NCBI GenBank assembly: GCA_024224155.1
Contig: JAAENP010000095.1
Span: 66,070-130,069 of the forward strand
Direction of reading: 5' to 3'
Length of the DNA: 64,000 nt
Origin: a bacterium
Lineage (GTDB): Bacteria > Acidobacteriota > Thermoanaerobaculia > Multivoradales > JAHEKO01
Position numbers and translations under genes: made by a program. Position 1 is the stretch's first letter. Each line of letters starts with the position of its first letter. Below are positions 1 to 9,909 of this stretch, piece after piece. The notes below the pieces were generated by a model. It was given only the letters and a program-made list of their open reading frames with translations, was not told where the DNA came from and searched no databases.

Positions 1-50
1 GCAGAAAGTCGAGCCTCCCACGGAGAATCGGGAGGGGACACCATGGAATG
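1..50 (-). terminator. Possible intrinsic terminator hairpins downstream of the 3-hydroxybutyryl-CoA dehydrogenase gene
   Basis: On the minus strand just past the stop at 62 there is a hairpin CCTCCC-(10 nt)-GGGAGG followed by CTTTCT, and a second palindrome CACCAT-GGA-ATGGTG. Folding was not computed. Confidence 0.25.
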
Positions 51-61
51 GTGCCCCGATT

Positions 62-910
62 TCAATACTCGTAGAACCCGCGCCCACTCTTCCGGCCGTA
101 ACGGCCCGCCAGGACCATTTTCTTGAGCAACGGCGGCGGCGCAAAGCGCGTCTCGCGGTACTCCTCGAACATGATGTTGGCGATGTAGTAAGTGGTATCG
201 AGACCTACGAAGTCGAGCAGACGAAGCGGACCCATCGGATGGGCGCAGCCGAGTTGCATCGCCTTGTCGATGTCCTCCACCGTCCCGACACCGTTCTCAT
301 AGGCCCGAATCGCGTCGAGCAGGTACGGAACCAGCAATCGATTCACGATGAAGCCGGAGTTGTCGTTCGCCGCTACCGGTTCCTTGCCGATGGCTTTCGC
401 GAACTCGAAGGCCGCAGCAAAGGCCTCGTCCGACGTCATGAGCGTCCGCACAACCTCCACCAGCTTCATCACCGGTACCGGATTGAAGAAGTGAAGGCCC
501 AGGAAACGGTCGGAGCGCTCGGTCGACATCGCCAACTCGGTGATGGTCAGCGACGAGGTATTGCTGGCGAACAGGGCTTCTTTCTTCACGATCTTGTCGA
601 GGGCGGCATAGGTGCGGCACTTCTCCTCGACATTCTCGATAATCGCTTCGACGATCAGGTCGCAGTCCGCCAGATCGGCATCGTCGGTGGTGCCCGAGAG
701 ACGGTTCAGAGTCGCGTCGCGATCCTCGGCGCTCAACTTGCCCTTGTCGACGGCCCGGCCCAGCGACTTGTGGAGCTTACCCAGGCCCTTCTCGAGAAAC
801 TCGTCGTTGACTTCGCGCACGACCGTCGTCACCCCCGCCTTTGCGCAGACCTCGGCGATCCCTGACCCCATCAGTCCGCAGCCCAGCACTCCTACCTTTT
901 CAATCTTCAT
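62..910 (-). CDS. 3-hydroxybutyryl-CoA / 3-hydroxyacyl-CoA dehydrogenase
   Basis: 282 aa with an N-terminal Rossmann motif VGVLGCGLMGSGIA. The full-length architecture matches the 3HCDH N- and C-domain family. Confidence 0.85.
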   Translation of the reverse strand: MKIEKVGVLGCGLMGSGIAEVCAKAGVTTVVREVNDEFLEKGLGKLHKSLGRAVDKGKLSAEDRDATLNRLSGTTDDADLADCDLIVEAIIENVEEKCRTYAALDKIVKKEALFASNTSSLTITELAMSTERSDRFLGLHFFNPVPVMKLVEVVRTLMTSDEAFAAAFEFAKAIGKEPVAANDNSGFIVNRLLVPYLLDAIRAYENGVGTVEDIDKAMQLGCAHPMGPLRLLDFVGLDTTYYIANIMFEEYRETRFAPPPLLKKMVLAGRYGRKSGRGFYEY

Positions 911-1370
911 CTTTTCCTCCCTCTGGTTCTCTTGCCGGAAACTCCGGTTCGATTCTGTGCCGGAACGCTTCGATCCGGCGCGCGCCCGTGACCTCGACCG
1001 AGATTCGGGCCAGGACCGCGCCGGCCACCGGAAACGGCAGCCTGTCCGCCCACTCCACCACTTTTACCCCCGGCCCGGCAAGCACCTCTTCGACCCCGAG
1101 CACCTCGACCTGCTCGGGCTCGAGTCGATACAGATCGACATGAACCAGGCGCGTTCCAGAGCGCTCGTACTCGTTGACCAGGGTGTAGGTAGGCGACTGG
1201 ATCTCTCGCCTCTCGAAGCCGAGTTTCTTCGCGACGCCCTGGGCGAGAACCGTCTTGCCGCTGCCGAGCTCGCCGAAGAGAAGCAGGACTCCGTCCGGAG
1301 CCAGCTCTTCGGCCAGTTGCGAACCGATCGCGAGCGTCGCGTCCTCCGAGGTCGAATTCCAGAGCCTCAT
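900..1370 (-). CDS. tsaE: tRNA threonylcarbamoyladenosine biosynthesis protein TsaE
   Basis: 156 aa with a P-loop GELGSGKT and YjeE-like length. It overlaps the nnr stop (ATGA), a typical yjeF-yjeE pairing. Confidence 0.8.
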   Translation of the reverse strand: MRLWNSTSEDATLAIGSQLAEELAPDGVLLLFGELGSGKTVLAQGVAKKLGFERREIQSPTYTLVNEYERSGTRLVHVDLYRLEPEQVEVLGVEEVLAGPGVKVVEWADRLPFPVAGAVLARISVEVTGARRIEAFRHRIEPEFPAREPEGGKDED

Positions 1371-2997
1371 GCCGGGGATTCGGAGCCTGGCGCCACCGGC
1401 ACCGCTTTCGCGCCGCGGCTCGCCACTGATTCGAACCGCGCCCGACCGGCCAATGCTTCGAACGACGAGGGCACGTAACCGAGTAGATCGCCGGCCGCCA
1501 GGGACACCTCTCCGACTTCCGCCGCCGCGGCGTCGCCCGCCGCGCCGTGGACGAAGGTTCCGAGCTGAGCGGCCGAAAGAGGATCCATGCGCTGAGCCAG
1601 CAATGCGCCGATCATGCCCGTCAAGACGTCGCCGGAACCCCCGGTCGCCATGCCCGGGTTGCCGGTAGGGCTGACATAGACTCCACCCTGCGGATCGGCA
1701 ATCAGACTGCGGTGTCCTTTCAGGACGACAATCGCACCGGATTCCCCGGCGGCTCTGCGCACCGACCCCAGGCGATCGGCCACGACGTCTTCTGTTCCGA
1801 CCCCGAGCAAGCGCCCCAGCTCTCCCGGATGCGGAGTCAGAATCGTCTCCCGTCCGCGCTCACGAAACTTGCCAAGCCGACCGGCAAAGGCCGTGAGGCC
1901 GTCGGCATCGACCACCAGGGGCAGCTCGAGATCCAAACAGAATGAGCGGATGATCTCCGCGGTACCGCTCGAGGTGCCAAGGCCCGGTCCGAGCGCAACC
2001 GCGTTCTTGCCCCGTGCGGCGCGCACCAGGGCGGCATGGGCTTCGCCGGCCAGCTCGCCTGCGGCCGAGATCGGCAGCGGCGTGCTCATGGTCTCGATCG
2101 AGGCCGCCTCAAAAGTCTCCAATATGCTTTCCGGAACCGCCGCTGTCACCAGTCCCGCTCCGGCCCGCACCGCCGCCTGCGCGGTGAGCACCGCGGCTCC
2201 CGACTTCCCGATCGATCCGGCCACGACCAGAAGGTGTCCGAAGTCTCCTTTGTGCGCCACCCGCGGGCGCGGCCCCAAGAGCGGCGCCAGGTCATCGGCG
2301 TCCAGCAGATGCAAATCGCCCTCCGCGCGCTCGACCAGATCGAAGGGGATGCCCAGATCGGCAATCACGACTTTTCCCGCAGCAGCGGCAGCTGGCGGAA
2401 ACACATGAGCCACCTTGAGGGCCGCAAAGGTCACGGTGAGGTCGGCTTCGATGTGTGGACCCAGGGGGTTCTGTTGATCACCATTGAGGCCGCTCGGCAG
2501 GTCCACCGCCACCGTCGGCATGGCGAGCGCGTTGATCCCCGCGACGAGATCCGCGAACTGCCCCTCGAGCGACCGCGACAAACCCGTGCCAAAGAGCGCG
2601 TCGATCGCCAGGTCGACGCCTGCGACCGCTTCGAGTGCGGGCGCCACCTCGGCGCCGGCGTCCAGAACTCGCAGCTCCAGTCCCATGCCGCTCATCTTGC
2701 ACGCCACCCGGTGCTGGACCAGCGCATCGCCCGTGTAGTCTTGGCCGCCGGTAGCGATCAGCGCCACGACCTCGAGTCCCCGGACCGCCAGGTGACGTGC
2801 TATCGCAAGCCCGTCGCCCCCGTTGTTCCCGGGGCCGCAGAAGACCACCGCCGACTCCGCATTCGGGGCCTCGGCGAGAGCGGCCTCGACGGCGCCCAGC
2901 GCCGCGTTCTCCATGAGCACGACACCCGGCACTCCGAGCTCCTCAATCGCCAGGCGGTCCACTTCCCGCATCGCATCGGTACTGAGTATCTTCATGC
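1367..2997 (-). CDS. nnr: Bifunctional NAD(P)H-hydrate repair enzyme Nnr (epimerase/ADP-dependent dehydratase)
   Basis: YjeF-N (MKILSTDAMREVDRLAIEELG...) plus a C-terminal carbohydrate-kinase-like dehydratase domain. The ORF-track N-terminal extension is Arg-rich with no homology, so I trimmed the start to the ATG at 2997. Confidence 0.85.
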
Positions 2998-3684
2998 GCT
3001 TCTCCACTGTCTGAAGAGCTCCGCTGTGCGCGGACACTCGCCGGATAGCGAGTCCATCGAGTCCTCGAGCCGCCGCGACAGGCGATCGAGGTCCTCGAGA
3101 GTGTCGACATCCGAGCCCTCTCGCAGCAGCATCAGGCTCAAAGACAGATCTCGGCAACGCTGCAGCGTTGTCTCCAGCACCTCGGGCGTGCTCCACTCGA
3201 TCCCGGAAAACAACTCCGGCCTGAGGCTTGCCGCACGCTGGCCCACGAAATAGTAGCCGCCGTCGACCGCCGGCCCCAGCACCACATCCACGCCCCCACG
3301 CAAGAGCGCGAATCCGCGCTCCACTTCCTCCAGGGGTACCTCCGGATGGTCCGAGCCGACCGCGCCCACCAGACGATACTTTTCGGCCGCCCCCTGCAAG
3401 GCTGAAAACAACCGTTCCCCCAGATCGTCGCCCTCTTGGCGAACCGCCGGATGCTCGGATTCCGGCAGAACCTCGCCTTCGTCCAAAGCCCAGGCCAGAA
3501 CCAGATCGAATCGTCCATCGCTCAGCCGTTTGGCCAGATCGTCGAGAAAGGCCCGGTGGAGATCTGCCGCCTGCTCAGCGGTCAACCCGTTCTGACTCCC
3601 GTCGCCTCGATTCCCAATCAGACGAGTTTTTACCCGCCCCGGCCGGGCAGGTTTCGTGAACAGCAGAAGGCACGCATCCCGCAC
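2992..3684 (-). CDS. DUF2064 / TIGR04282-family MobA-like nucleotidyltransferase-fold protein
   Basis: The N-terminus DACLLLFTKPARPGRVKTRL is characteristic of the DUF2064 family. 230 aa. Confidence 0.6.
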   Translation of the reverse strand: MRDACLLLFTKPARPGRVKTRLIGNRGDGSQNGLTAEQAADLHRAFLDDLAKRLSDGRFDLVLAWALDEGEVLPESEHPAVRQEGDDLGERLFSALQGAAEKYRLVGAVGSDHPEVPLEEVERGFALLRGGVDVVLGPAVDGGYYFVGQRAASLRPELFSGIEWSTPEVLETTLQRCRDLSLSLMLLREGSDVDTLEDLDRLSRRLEDSMDSLSGECPRTAELFRQWRSA

Positions 3685-3770
3685 CCCACCATTGTATGGC
3701 CTGTAACCGAGCGAGTCGGTGGCGGATCTGCACAGAACCGAAGGCCGGCGAGATCCTTATACTCGTATGT

Positions 3771-4559
3771 ATGTCGAAACCGCCGCAACCCGTTATCACG
3801 CTGCTCACCGACTTCGGAACCGAGGACTACTACGTGGGAGCTCTCAAGGGCACCCTCCTACGCTTGGCGCCCCAGGCGCTTCTGATCGACATCACCCACC
3901 AGGTTTCGCCTGGAGACATTGAGGAGGGGGCCTTTCTCCTCGGCGCCTCTCACCGGCACTTCCCGCCCGGCACCATCCACCTGGCGGTCATCGATCCGGG
4001 CGTTGGCGGTCACCGCAGAATCCTCGCGGCTCGTGGCGAGAACGCCCACTTCGTCGCCCCGGACAACGGCTTGCTCTCCTATCTGCTAGACGGCGCGGAG
4101 GTGCGCCAGGTCGAGGCCGCCGAAGTCTTCATCGACGCACCGGGCGAGACTTTCCATGGCCGCGATCGGTTCGCGCCGGTCGCCGCGTACCTGGCACGGG
4201 GAGAGCCGTTCGAGGCCTTGGGAAGCCCGATGAAGAACCCTCTTCAACTCGACCACGAGCCACCCAAAAGGCGCGAGGGCTCTCTCGAGGGTCGGATCGT
4301 GCACATCGATCGCTTCGGCAACTTGGTCACCGACATCCCCAGCCGCTGGTTCCCCGACGATCGGGTCCCCGAGTTCGAATGCCGGCTCCCGGGACTCGAG
4401 ATTCGCCGCTGGGCGACTCATTATGCCGAGCTCGCGCCCGGAGAGGCCGCCTTGATACCCGGCTCCCTGGGGACACTCGAGGTCTCACTGAATCAGGAGA
4501 GTGCCGCCGCCAAGAGCGGTATCACGCGCAAACAGACTCTGAGAATCAGTTTTCGTTAG
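3771..4559 (+). CDS. SAM hydroxide adenosyltransferase family protein (DUF62)
   Basis: ITLLTDFGTEDYYVGALKG...IDITH...DPGVGG are motifs of the DUF62 / S-adenosyl-L-methionine hydroxide adenosyltransferase family. Start trimmed to MSKPP. Confidence 0.75.
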   Translation: MSKPPQPVITLLTDFGTEDYYVGALKGTLLRLAPQALLIDITHQVSPGDIEEGAFLLGASHRHFPPGTIHLAVIDPGVGGHRRILAARGENAHFVAPDNGLLSYLLDGAEVRQVEAAEVFIDAPGETFHGRDRFAPVAAYLARGEPFEALGSPMKNPLQLDHEPPKRREGSLEGRIVHIDRFGNLVTDIPSRWFPDDRVPEFECRLPGLEIRRWATHYAELAPGEAALIPGSLGTLEVSLNQESAAAKSGITRKQTLRISFR

Positions 4560-4603
4560 AATATTGGTAAACTAGGTACCGCCATGGCAGTGAGGAGGTC
4601 GGA

Positions 4604-4795
4604 ATGACGAAGTGGGAGTACAAGATAATCAACATCCGCAGCGAGAATTACCGACTTGACCCGAACGCGGCACCTCAGCTGAACGTCCTCGGCGAAGACG
4701 GTTGGGAGCTGGTCGGACTGACGTCGGTTAATTTCAAGAGCGGCGCCACGGACAACATCGCCATGGTGTTCAAGAGGCCAGCTTCGGCGGCCTAG
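4604..4795 (+). CDS. DUF4177 domain small protein
   Basis: 63 aa, MTKWEYKI...GWELV, a typical DUF4177. GGAGG sits 6 nt upstream of the ATG. Confidence 0.7.
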   Translation: MTKWEYKIINIRSENYRLDPNAAPQLNVLGEDGWELVGLTSVNFKSGATDNIAMVFKRPASAA

Positions 4796-4837
4796 CGGTC
4801 GGCCAGGTCAGACAAGCAGACAAGCTGCGGCTTCTTG

Positions 4838-5335
4838 CTACAAGCGGTCGTCGGAAGACTCGGTGTCGGGTCCGGGGTGCGCTCCCCCGCCGCGCGTGTC
4901 CCCCGAAGAGTCTCCGTGGCCCGGGGCACGCCGGTGCGGTGGACCTCCCGCAGCGATTCGCCGGTCCCACCAATCTCGGTGCTCGCTCAACCGCCGCCTC
5001 ACGGTCTCGGTCGGGCGCTCGATCCGACCAAGCCTCCGGCGGGCGACGACGGCGAAGATCAGACCGACCAGAAGGAACAGTCCGAGGACACCCAGCGCCG
5101 CGCCCCACCGCGGCAGCCAAAGAGAGCCGACCTCGACCAGAACCAGCGCCACGACGCCAACCGCCCAGAAGAGAGCGAACATCCCGATCAAGAGCAGCAG
5201 AAGAGCCCTGACCAGCGTTCTGCCGGAGGTCCGGATCTCGCTCGATACGACGTCGTACTCGGCTCGAGCCAGATCCAGGCCCGCCTGGCCCAGGGGAGCC
5301 AGCAGATCGGACCAGCGGCTATGCCACCGACTCAT
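4838..5335 (-). CDS. Phage_holin_3_6-like (holin superfamily III / DUF1469) membrane protein
   Basis: 165 aa. N-terminus LARAEYDVVSSEIRTSGRTL is followed by two hydrophobic helices and a charged C-tail, the family architecture. It overlaps the upstream VWA gene by 4 nt. Confidence 0.55.
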   Translation of the reverse strand: MSRWHSRWSDLLAPLGQAGLDLARAEYDVVSSEIRTSGRTLVRALLLLLIGMFALFWAVGVVALVLVEVGSLWLPRWGAALGVLGLFLLVGLIFAVVARRRLGRIERPTETVRRRLSEHRDWWDRRIAAGGPPHRRAPGHGDSSGDTRGGGAHPGPDTESSDDRL

Positions 5336-7041
5336 CCCGCCCCGACGTAGACCGTTCTGGAAACGAACGACTCCGTCGCTCCGATCTCGTCTCGCACTCC
5401 GACTGCGAGCCGGTGGCTGCCACCCCGCATTTCCAGCGAGACCGTGTAGACGTAGGGCTTCTCGACGGCGATCTCGACCTCGTCGGTGGGTATCTGAATG
5501 TCGAGCGGTATTTCTTGAAGGTCGGACATCCTTCCCTCGTCGTCCATCGCCGAGAAGAAGAGCTTGACTCGTCCCTGGTGGAAGCGCTCCCGAGGCACCA
5601 GCTCCAGCTCGCCGATCGGTACCATCACCGCCACCGGCACAACGTAGTTGCCGCCCTCCCGGAGGTTCTCCTTGCCGACGTGCAAGGCCACCGCCATCGG
5701 GTTGCTCTCGAAACCGTACATCAGGGTCGAAGTGGTTTTGTCGGCCATTCGCCCTCTCAGGTCCTTGTCGCGATAGCCCTCTCGATGGCGGAGCTTGATG
5801 CCCTTCCGCTGGTCCTTCAGACGCACCGTGATCTTGTGGTACTTGCCATCGCCGGTATGGCTGGGCGCGTACCCTAGCGAATAGTAGGTGTCGAAGTCGC
5901 GACCGATCTTTGCCAGCCCGGGTCCGACCCGGTTGGAATTGATGATCGCCTGTCCGCCGGTCTGTTCGGCCATGTAGATCAGTGGCGACTGCAGGTTGCT
6001 GATGTAGATCGAGTCGACGAACGAGCCCAACCCGGGGGTCTGGAGCCCTTTCGAATCCGCGGACACGCTCGACGAAACGCGCAGGCCCGCGGCATCGACC
6101 GTGTACAGGGCGACGCGATTCGAATTCGCCAGCTGGGTGACTCTCTGAAACTCCCGCTGGGTGTTGAAGTCCATCATGCCCGAAAGACCGGAAGAGTGCA
6201 GGAATTTCCGCTGAAGAGCGTTGAATAGGTCCTCGCCCTGGATCATCTCGAGACCGTCGCTGACGTAGATGAGCGCCTTTCTTCCCTCCAAGCCGGCGAG
6301 AGAGCCAATGTACTCCTTGAGCGCGCTCAAGGTGAAGCTGGCGTTGTTGTAGAGCTCCTCCGCGTACTGCCTGACCCGGTACTCGACCTCAACCAGCTCA
6401 TCGGCTTGATCGATCTCCTGCAGCAGCTCGCGCCGCTCGGAGTCGCGAGCCAGGGCATGGCCGGTCAGATTCTCCAGCTCGAACAAGGCACGCGAGATCA
6501 CTCCCGCATCGTTGGTGAACGCGTGGCGCACCTTCAGGCTGCGATCGTAGGAAACCAGCATGACCTGATCCTGCTCGGTCAGCTCGTCACTGAGAAACTG
6601 TCGCAGATCGCGAAACACTCGATTGCGGTTGAAGGGCCGGATGTTGAAGTTGTCGATATAGACCGCGACGTAGAGCCTCTGACTCTCCGGAATCAGTGAC
6701 ATCGCCGAACGTTCGATTCCCGGAATCTCCGCCGCCGTTTCCGGCAGTTCCACCCGGGTCGGGATGATCGGCCGACCCTCTTCGGTGACGTAGAAATTGG
6801 TGATCTCCATGGGACGTTTGTCTTCGAGAATCTCGAAATCGTTCCTTGTCAGTCCCGTGATCGGCTCGCCTTTCCTGTCGGTCACGTAGACCTCGACGTT
6901 GACCACATTGACGTCGACCGTCTCGAAGAAGAAGTCGTCCGTGGCGGCCTCTTCTCCGGCCTGCTCCTGTCCCAGAATCGGACCGGCACCCAGAAGCAGC
7001 ACAACGGGCAGCAACAGCGATAGCTTGATTCTGGTTGTCAT
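5332..7041 (-). CDS. Secreted VWA domain protein (Acidobacterial VWFA-related, TIGR03436-like), paralog 1
   Basis: Signal peptide MTTRIKLSLLLPVVLLLGAG, then a VWA-like central region. It is a tandem paralog of the upstream gene. Start trimmed to the ATG at 7041. Confidence 0.7.
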   Translation of the reverse strand: MTTRIKLSLLLPVVLLLGAGPILGQEQAGEEAATDDFFFETVDVNVVNVEVYVTDRKGEPITGLTRNDFEILEDKRPMEITNFYVTEEGRPIIPTRVELPETAAEIPGIERSAMSLIPESQRLYVAVYIDNFNIRPFNRNRVFRDLRQFLSDELTEQDQVMLVSYDRSLKVRHAFTNDAGVISRALFELENLTGHALARDSERRELLQEIDQADELVEVEYRVRQYAEELYNNASFTLSALKEYIGSLAGLEGRKALIYVSDGLEMIQGEDLFNALQRKFLHSSGLSGMMDFNTQREFQRVTQLANSNRVALYTVDAAGLRVSSSVSADSKGLQTPGLGSFVDSIYISNLQSPLIYMAEQTGGQAIINSNRVGPGLAKIGRDFDTYYSLGYAPSHTGDGKYHKITVRLKDQRKGIKLRHREGYRDKDLRGRMADKTTSTLMYGFESNPMAVALHVGKENLREGGNYVVPVAVMVPIGELELVPRERFHQGRVKLFFSAMDDEGRMSDLQEIPLDIQIPTDEVEIAVEKPYVYTVSLEMRGGSHRLAVGVRDEIGATESFVSRTVYVGAG

Positions 7042-7090
7042 GCCTGGCTGAAACGAGGTTGGGCGGTCGTCTGCGACGCCCCGGCCGCGC

Positions 7091-8833
7091 CTACCTGTCG
7101 ACAGGAGTGATCCCGAAACCGGTCGCGAAGATCCTACCACTGGCGGGATCGTGGACCGCGACCACGGCATCGTGGATCTTTCGGCGCAGGAGCAGCGTGG
7201 TTTCGTAGGTCCCGACGGCCCCGGCGGGCGGCATCTCGGCGAAGGCGAGTCTCCACGGGATCACCGGAATCGGGGCCTGCTGGCCATCTTCGTCCTGTAC
7301 GGCAACCCTCAACTCGAGCTCGGTGGCAAAACGATCCCCGATCGGCAGAATGGTGACCTGATCAAGCGGGATCGACACCTTGATCGGTATCTCCATGCGG
7401 CGCTTGACCGCATCGACCGGAGTGCCGACCTCGACGTCGACCGAGCCCGCCGCCGCGGCGTTGCCGAAAAGAAGCGTGCTTTCAACCGCCATCGACACCT
7501 CCCGCTCTCGCGAGGAATCCAGAAAGCTGCCGCGCGAGCGGGCAATGAAGTCAGGATTGCGGAGCTGGATCTCGACTTCGTGGGACGCGTCGTCGCGCTC
7601 GCGCTGGGGCGTGAAGCCCAGCCAGTAGTACGACTGAACGTCATCCGAGACCCGCTCCAGAGCTCCCATGCGTTGGGAGTTGATCCGGGCCTCGCCCCCG
7701 GTCTCCTTGGCCAGATAGCGCAGTGTCGAATGCACCTCGACTTCGCGCAGGAAACCGCTGGTCTCCACGGTTCCGGGCTCGGGAACATTGGAGAACTCGG
7801 CTCGCGTGATGTCGGTAATCTGACGATCCAGACCCGGAAGATCGACCGGGTAGAGCGTGTAGCCAAGCACGTTGGCGGTCTCCACCAGACGCCGGTAGAG
7901 GTTGTTGCCATAGGGGCCGCCCCGATCGAAGAGAATCCGGCTGGCGTCGCTCAACAGGAAGTCGGCGGGCACGAACGGCCAGCCGCCGGACAGAATAATC
8001 ATGACCTTGCGCCCCGGGGGCTTGGCAAAGCTGCGCAGCGTCGCCGATGCCGCGGCGACGGATCGGTTGACCTGCTCGGTGACCAGCTCGACGTACGTCC
8101 TCTCCTCGGGGGTGAGCTCGGTTCTGAATATGCTGCTTCCAACCTGGAGGTCGTCGCTGAGGAACTCGAGCCCGTCGAAGGTCAGAAAATCGTAACGCTT
8201 CCTCTCGGCGAGCCTCAACAGGCCCTGGGACCTCCGACCCATGGCGTCATCGATCGCGCGCTCGAGAGGCCGCTGCAGACCGCTCCAGCTGCTCAGCATC
8301 TCGAGATCCTTGCCGTCATAGGCGACGATCGCCATTCGGTCTTCCGGCTTGAGGTAAGGAAGATCATCCTTGAGCGACCGCAGTACGGCATCGCGATCGG
8401 TCTTGATGGCGAAGAAGTCGTCGATGAAGACCAGATAGCTCGTGCCGACGGCCTCGCCGGGCGTCACCGAAAGGACCCCGGGCAGCCCTTTGGCCTCGCC
8501 AGCGCCCGGAGCCGGGGCCTCCAGCGCCACCCCTCCCCGGATCTCACTGAAATAGTCGATCGGGACGTCGGCGCCGTCGACCATCAACTTGAAGTCGTCC
8601 GCCCCCAAGCCCAGGACCTGTGTCTCCTGTTTGTCGGTGACCACGACCTCCAGGTTGATCACCCTGACATCCAGCACCTCACCGAAAACTCCCGGCAGTG
8701 GCGAAGGAGCCACCTCTTGGGCGGCCGGCTCCGCGGTCGAACGGTCATCCTGCGCCCGGACGGCCAGCGGCGAGGCAAGGAGGCCAGAAACCAGCACAGC
8801 GAAGACAGCGAGAAAAAGCGTCGTGTGTCTCAT
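7091..8833 (-). CDS. Secreted VWA domain protein (TIGR03436-like), paralog 2
   Basis: Signal peptide MRHTTLFLAVFAVLVSGLLASPLAVRA. It shares architecture and motifs with 5332-7041 (e.g. YV/FIDDF, Y.LGY/F.P, LGGE.R). Confidence 0.7.
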   Translation of the reverse strand: MRHTTLFLAVFAVLVSGLLASPLAVRAQDDRSTAEPAAQEVAPSPLPGVFGEVLDVRVINLEVVVTDKQETQVLGLGADDFKLMVDGADVPIDYFSEIRGGVALEAPAPGAGEAKGLPGVLSVTPGEAVGTSYLVFIDDFFAIKTDRDAVLRSLKDDLPYLKPEDRMAIVAYDGKDLEMLSSWSGLQRPLERAIDDAMGRRSQGLLRLAERKRYDFLTFDGLEFLSDDLQVGSSIFRTELTPEERTYVELVTEQVNRSVAAASATLRSFAKPPGRKVMIILSGGWPFVPADFLLSDASRILFDRGGPYGNNLYRRLVETANVLGYTLYPVDLPGLDRQITDITRAEFSNVPEPGTVETSGFLREVEVHSTLRYLAKETGGEARINSQRMGALERVSDDVQSYYWLGFTPQRERDDASHEVEIQLRNPDFIARSRGSFLDSSREREVSMAVESTLLFGNAAAAGSVDVEVGTPVDAVKRRMEIPIKVSIPLDQVTILPIGDRFATELELRVAVQDEDGQQAPIPVIPWRLAFAEMPPAGAVGTYETTLLLRRKIHDAVVAVHDPASGRIFATGFGITPVDR

Positions 8834-8886
8834 ACCAACTCCTGAACGCAAACCTCATGCCGGGGGCATCCAGCCCCCTTTGAGCT

Positions 8887-9909
8887 CTATTCCTTCCTCC
8901 TGGACACGACATGCTCGACGATGCGATCCGCATGGACCCGGGAGTTCTCGATAAACAGCGTGCCGATGTCGCGGCCGGCCTGGATCGTACCGGCCAGGTA
9001 AAGACCCTCGACATTGGACTCGCAGGACTCGCGGTCGAATGTGGGCACCAGGGTCTCCTCGGCGAACGTCACGCCGCACTGACGAGCGAGCCCGGTATCG
9101 GGCTCGTAGCCGATCAGAACATAGGCCGCGTCGACCGCGAGAGACTCGACCCCGGCCGGGGTCTCGAGCTCGAGCGACCGAGAACCGTCGCCGCCCTGTT
9201 CGAAGGCACGGACGATCGAGCTCGGCCGAAACTCGATCGAGCCCTCGGCGACCCGATTCTCGAAATCGGGCTTCAGCCAGTACTTGACTGTGTCTTTAAC
9301 CGAGTCACCGCGGTGAATGACCGTGACCCGCACGTGGTTGCGCCACAGATCCAGAGCCGCTTCCAACGCCGAGTTCCCGCCACCGACGATAGCGACATGC
9401 TCGCCGAAGTGCCGATAGGGCTCGAGGTAGCGACAATGAACCCAGGCATGCTCTTCGCCCGGTTTCGAGAGCAAGCGCGGCCGGTGGAAATATCCCTGAG
9501 CCAGAGCCACGGCGCGGGCACGCCAGACTCTCTCCGGACTCCCCTCGCCCGACCTCCGGCTGACGACCTCGAAGGCGTCTCCCCCTTTGTGCAACCGGAC
9601 GACCTCCTGATTCAACGCCAGGGGGATCTCGAACTGCGCGGCCACAGCACGGTAATAGGCCAGAGCCTCCCGCCGGCTTGGCTTGTCGTGCGGCGTCGTC
9701 AAGGGCACTCCCGCGATCTCCATCAGGTCGCGAGTGGTGAAGAAGTTCATGTACACCGGGAAGTCGACCAACGCCGCGGCCAGCGGACCGCGGTCGACCA
9801 GCACGACGTCAAGGCCAGCCTGGCGCGCTCGAGCACCGATCGCGATGCCGGTCGGCCCGGCGCCGACGACCAAAAGGTCGAGAGCCCGACCTTCGGCGGG
9901 ATCAGCCAT
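8887..9909 (-). CDS. YpdA-family NAD(P)/FAD-dependent disulfide oxidoreductase
   Basis: N-terminus DLLVVGAGPTGIAIG with a second dinucleotide site VAIVGGGNSALE. ~340 aa, thioredoxin-reductase-like. Confidence 0.65.
   Translation of the reverse strand: MADPAEGRALDLLVVGAGPTGIAIGARARQAGLDVVLVDRGPLAAALVDFPVYMNFFTTRDLMEIAGVPLTTPHDKPSRREALAYYRAVAAQFEIPLALNQEVVRLHKGGDAFEVVSRRSGEGSPERVWRARAVALAQGYFHRPRLLSKPGEEHAWVHCRYLEPYRHFGEHVAIVGGGNSALEAALDLWRNHVRVTVIHRGDSVKDTVKYWLKPDFENRVAEGSIEFRPSSIVRAFEQGGDGSRSLELETPAGVESLAVDAAYVLIGYEPDTGLARQCGVTFAEETLVPTFDRESCESNVEGLYLAGTIQAGRDIGTLFIENSRVHADRIVEHVVSRRKE

Noticed and set aside
7151-8845. 564-aa plus-strand ORF antisense to the VWA paralog. Also similar long antisense ORFs at 13224-14585, 14637-15578, 16526-17497, 29162-30769, 38894-39982, 47941-49044, 50189-51361, 51418-52548 and 21623-22786.
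   Set aside because: - They are Arg/Gly/Pro-rich low-complexity translations typical of the opposite strand of high-GC genes.
- Each is fully overlapped by a well-supported homologous gene on the other strand.
8858-8886. Hairpin GGGGGC-ATCCA-GCCCCC followed by TTT between the ypdA-like gene and the VWA operon.
   Set aside because: - The T-tract is on the plus strand, where no gene is transcribed into it.
- On the coding (minus) strand it lacks a U-tract.
- At most it is a weak or antisense terminator, so I did not call it.
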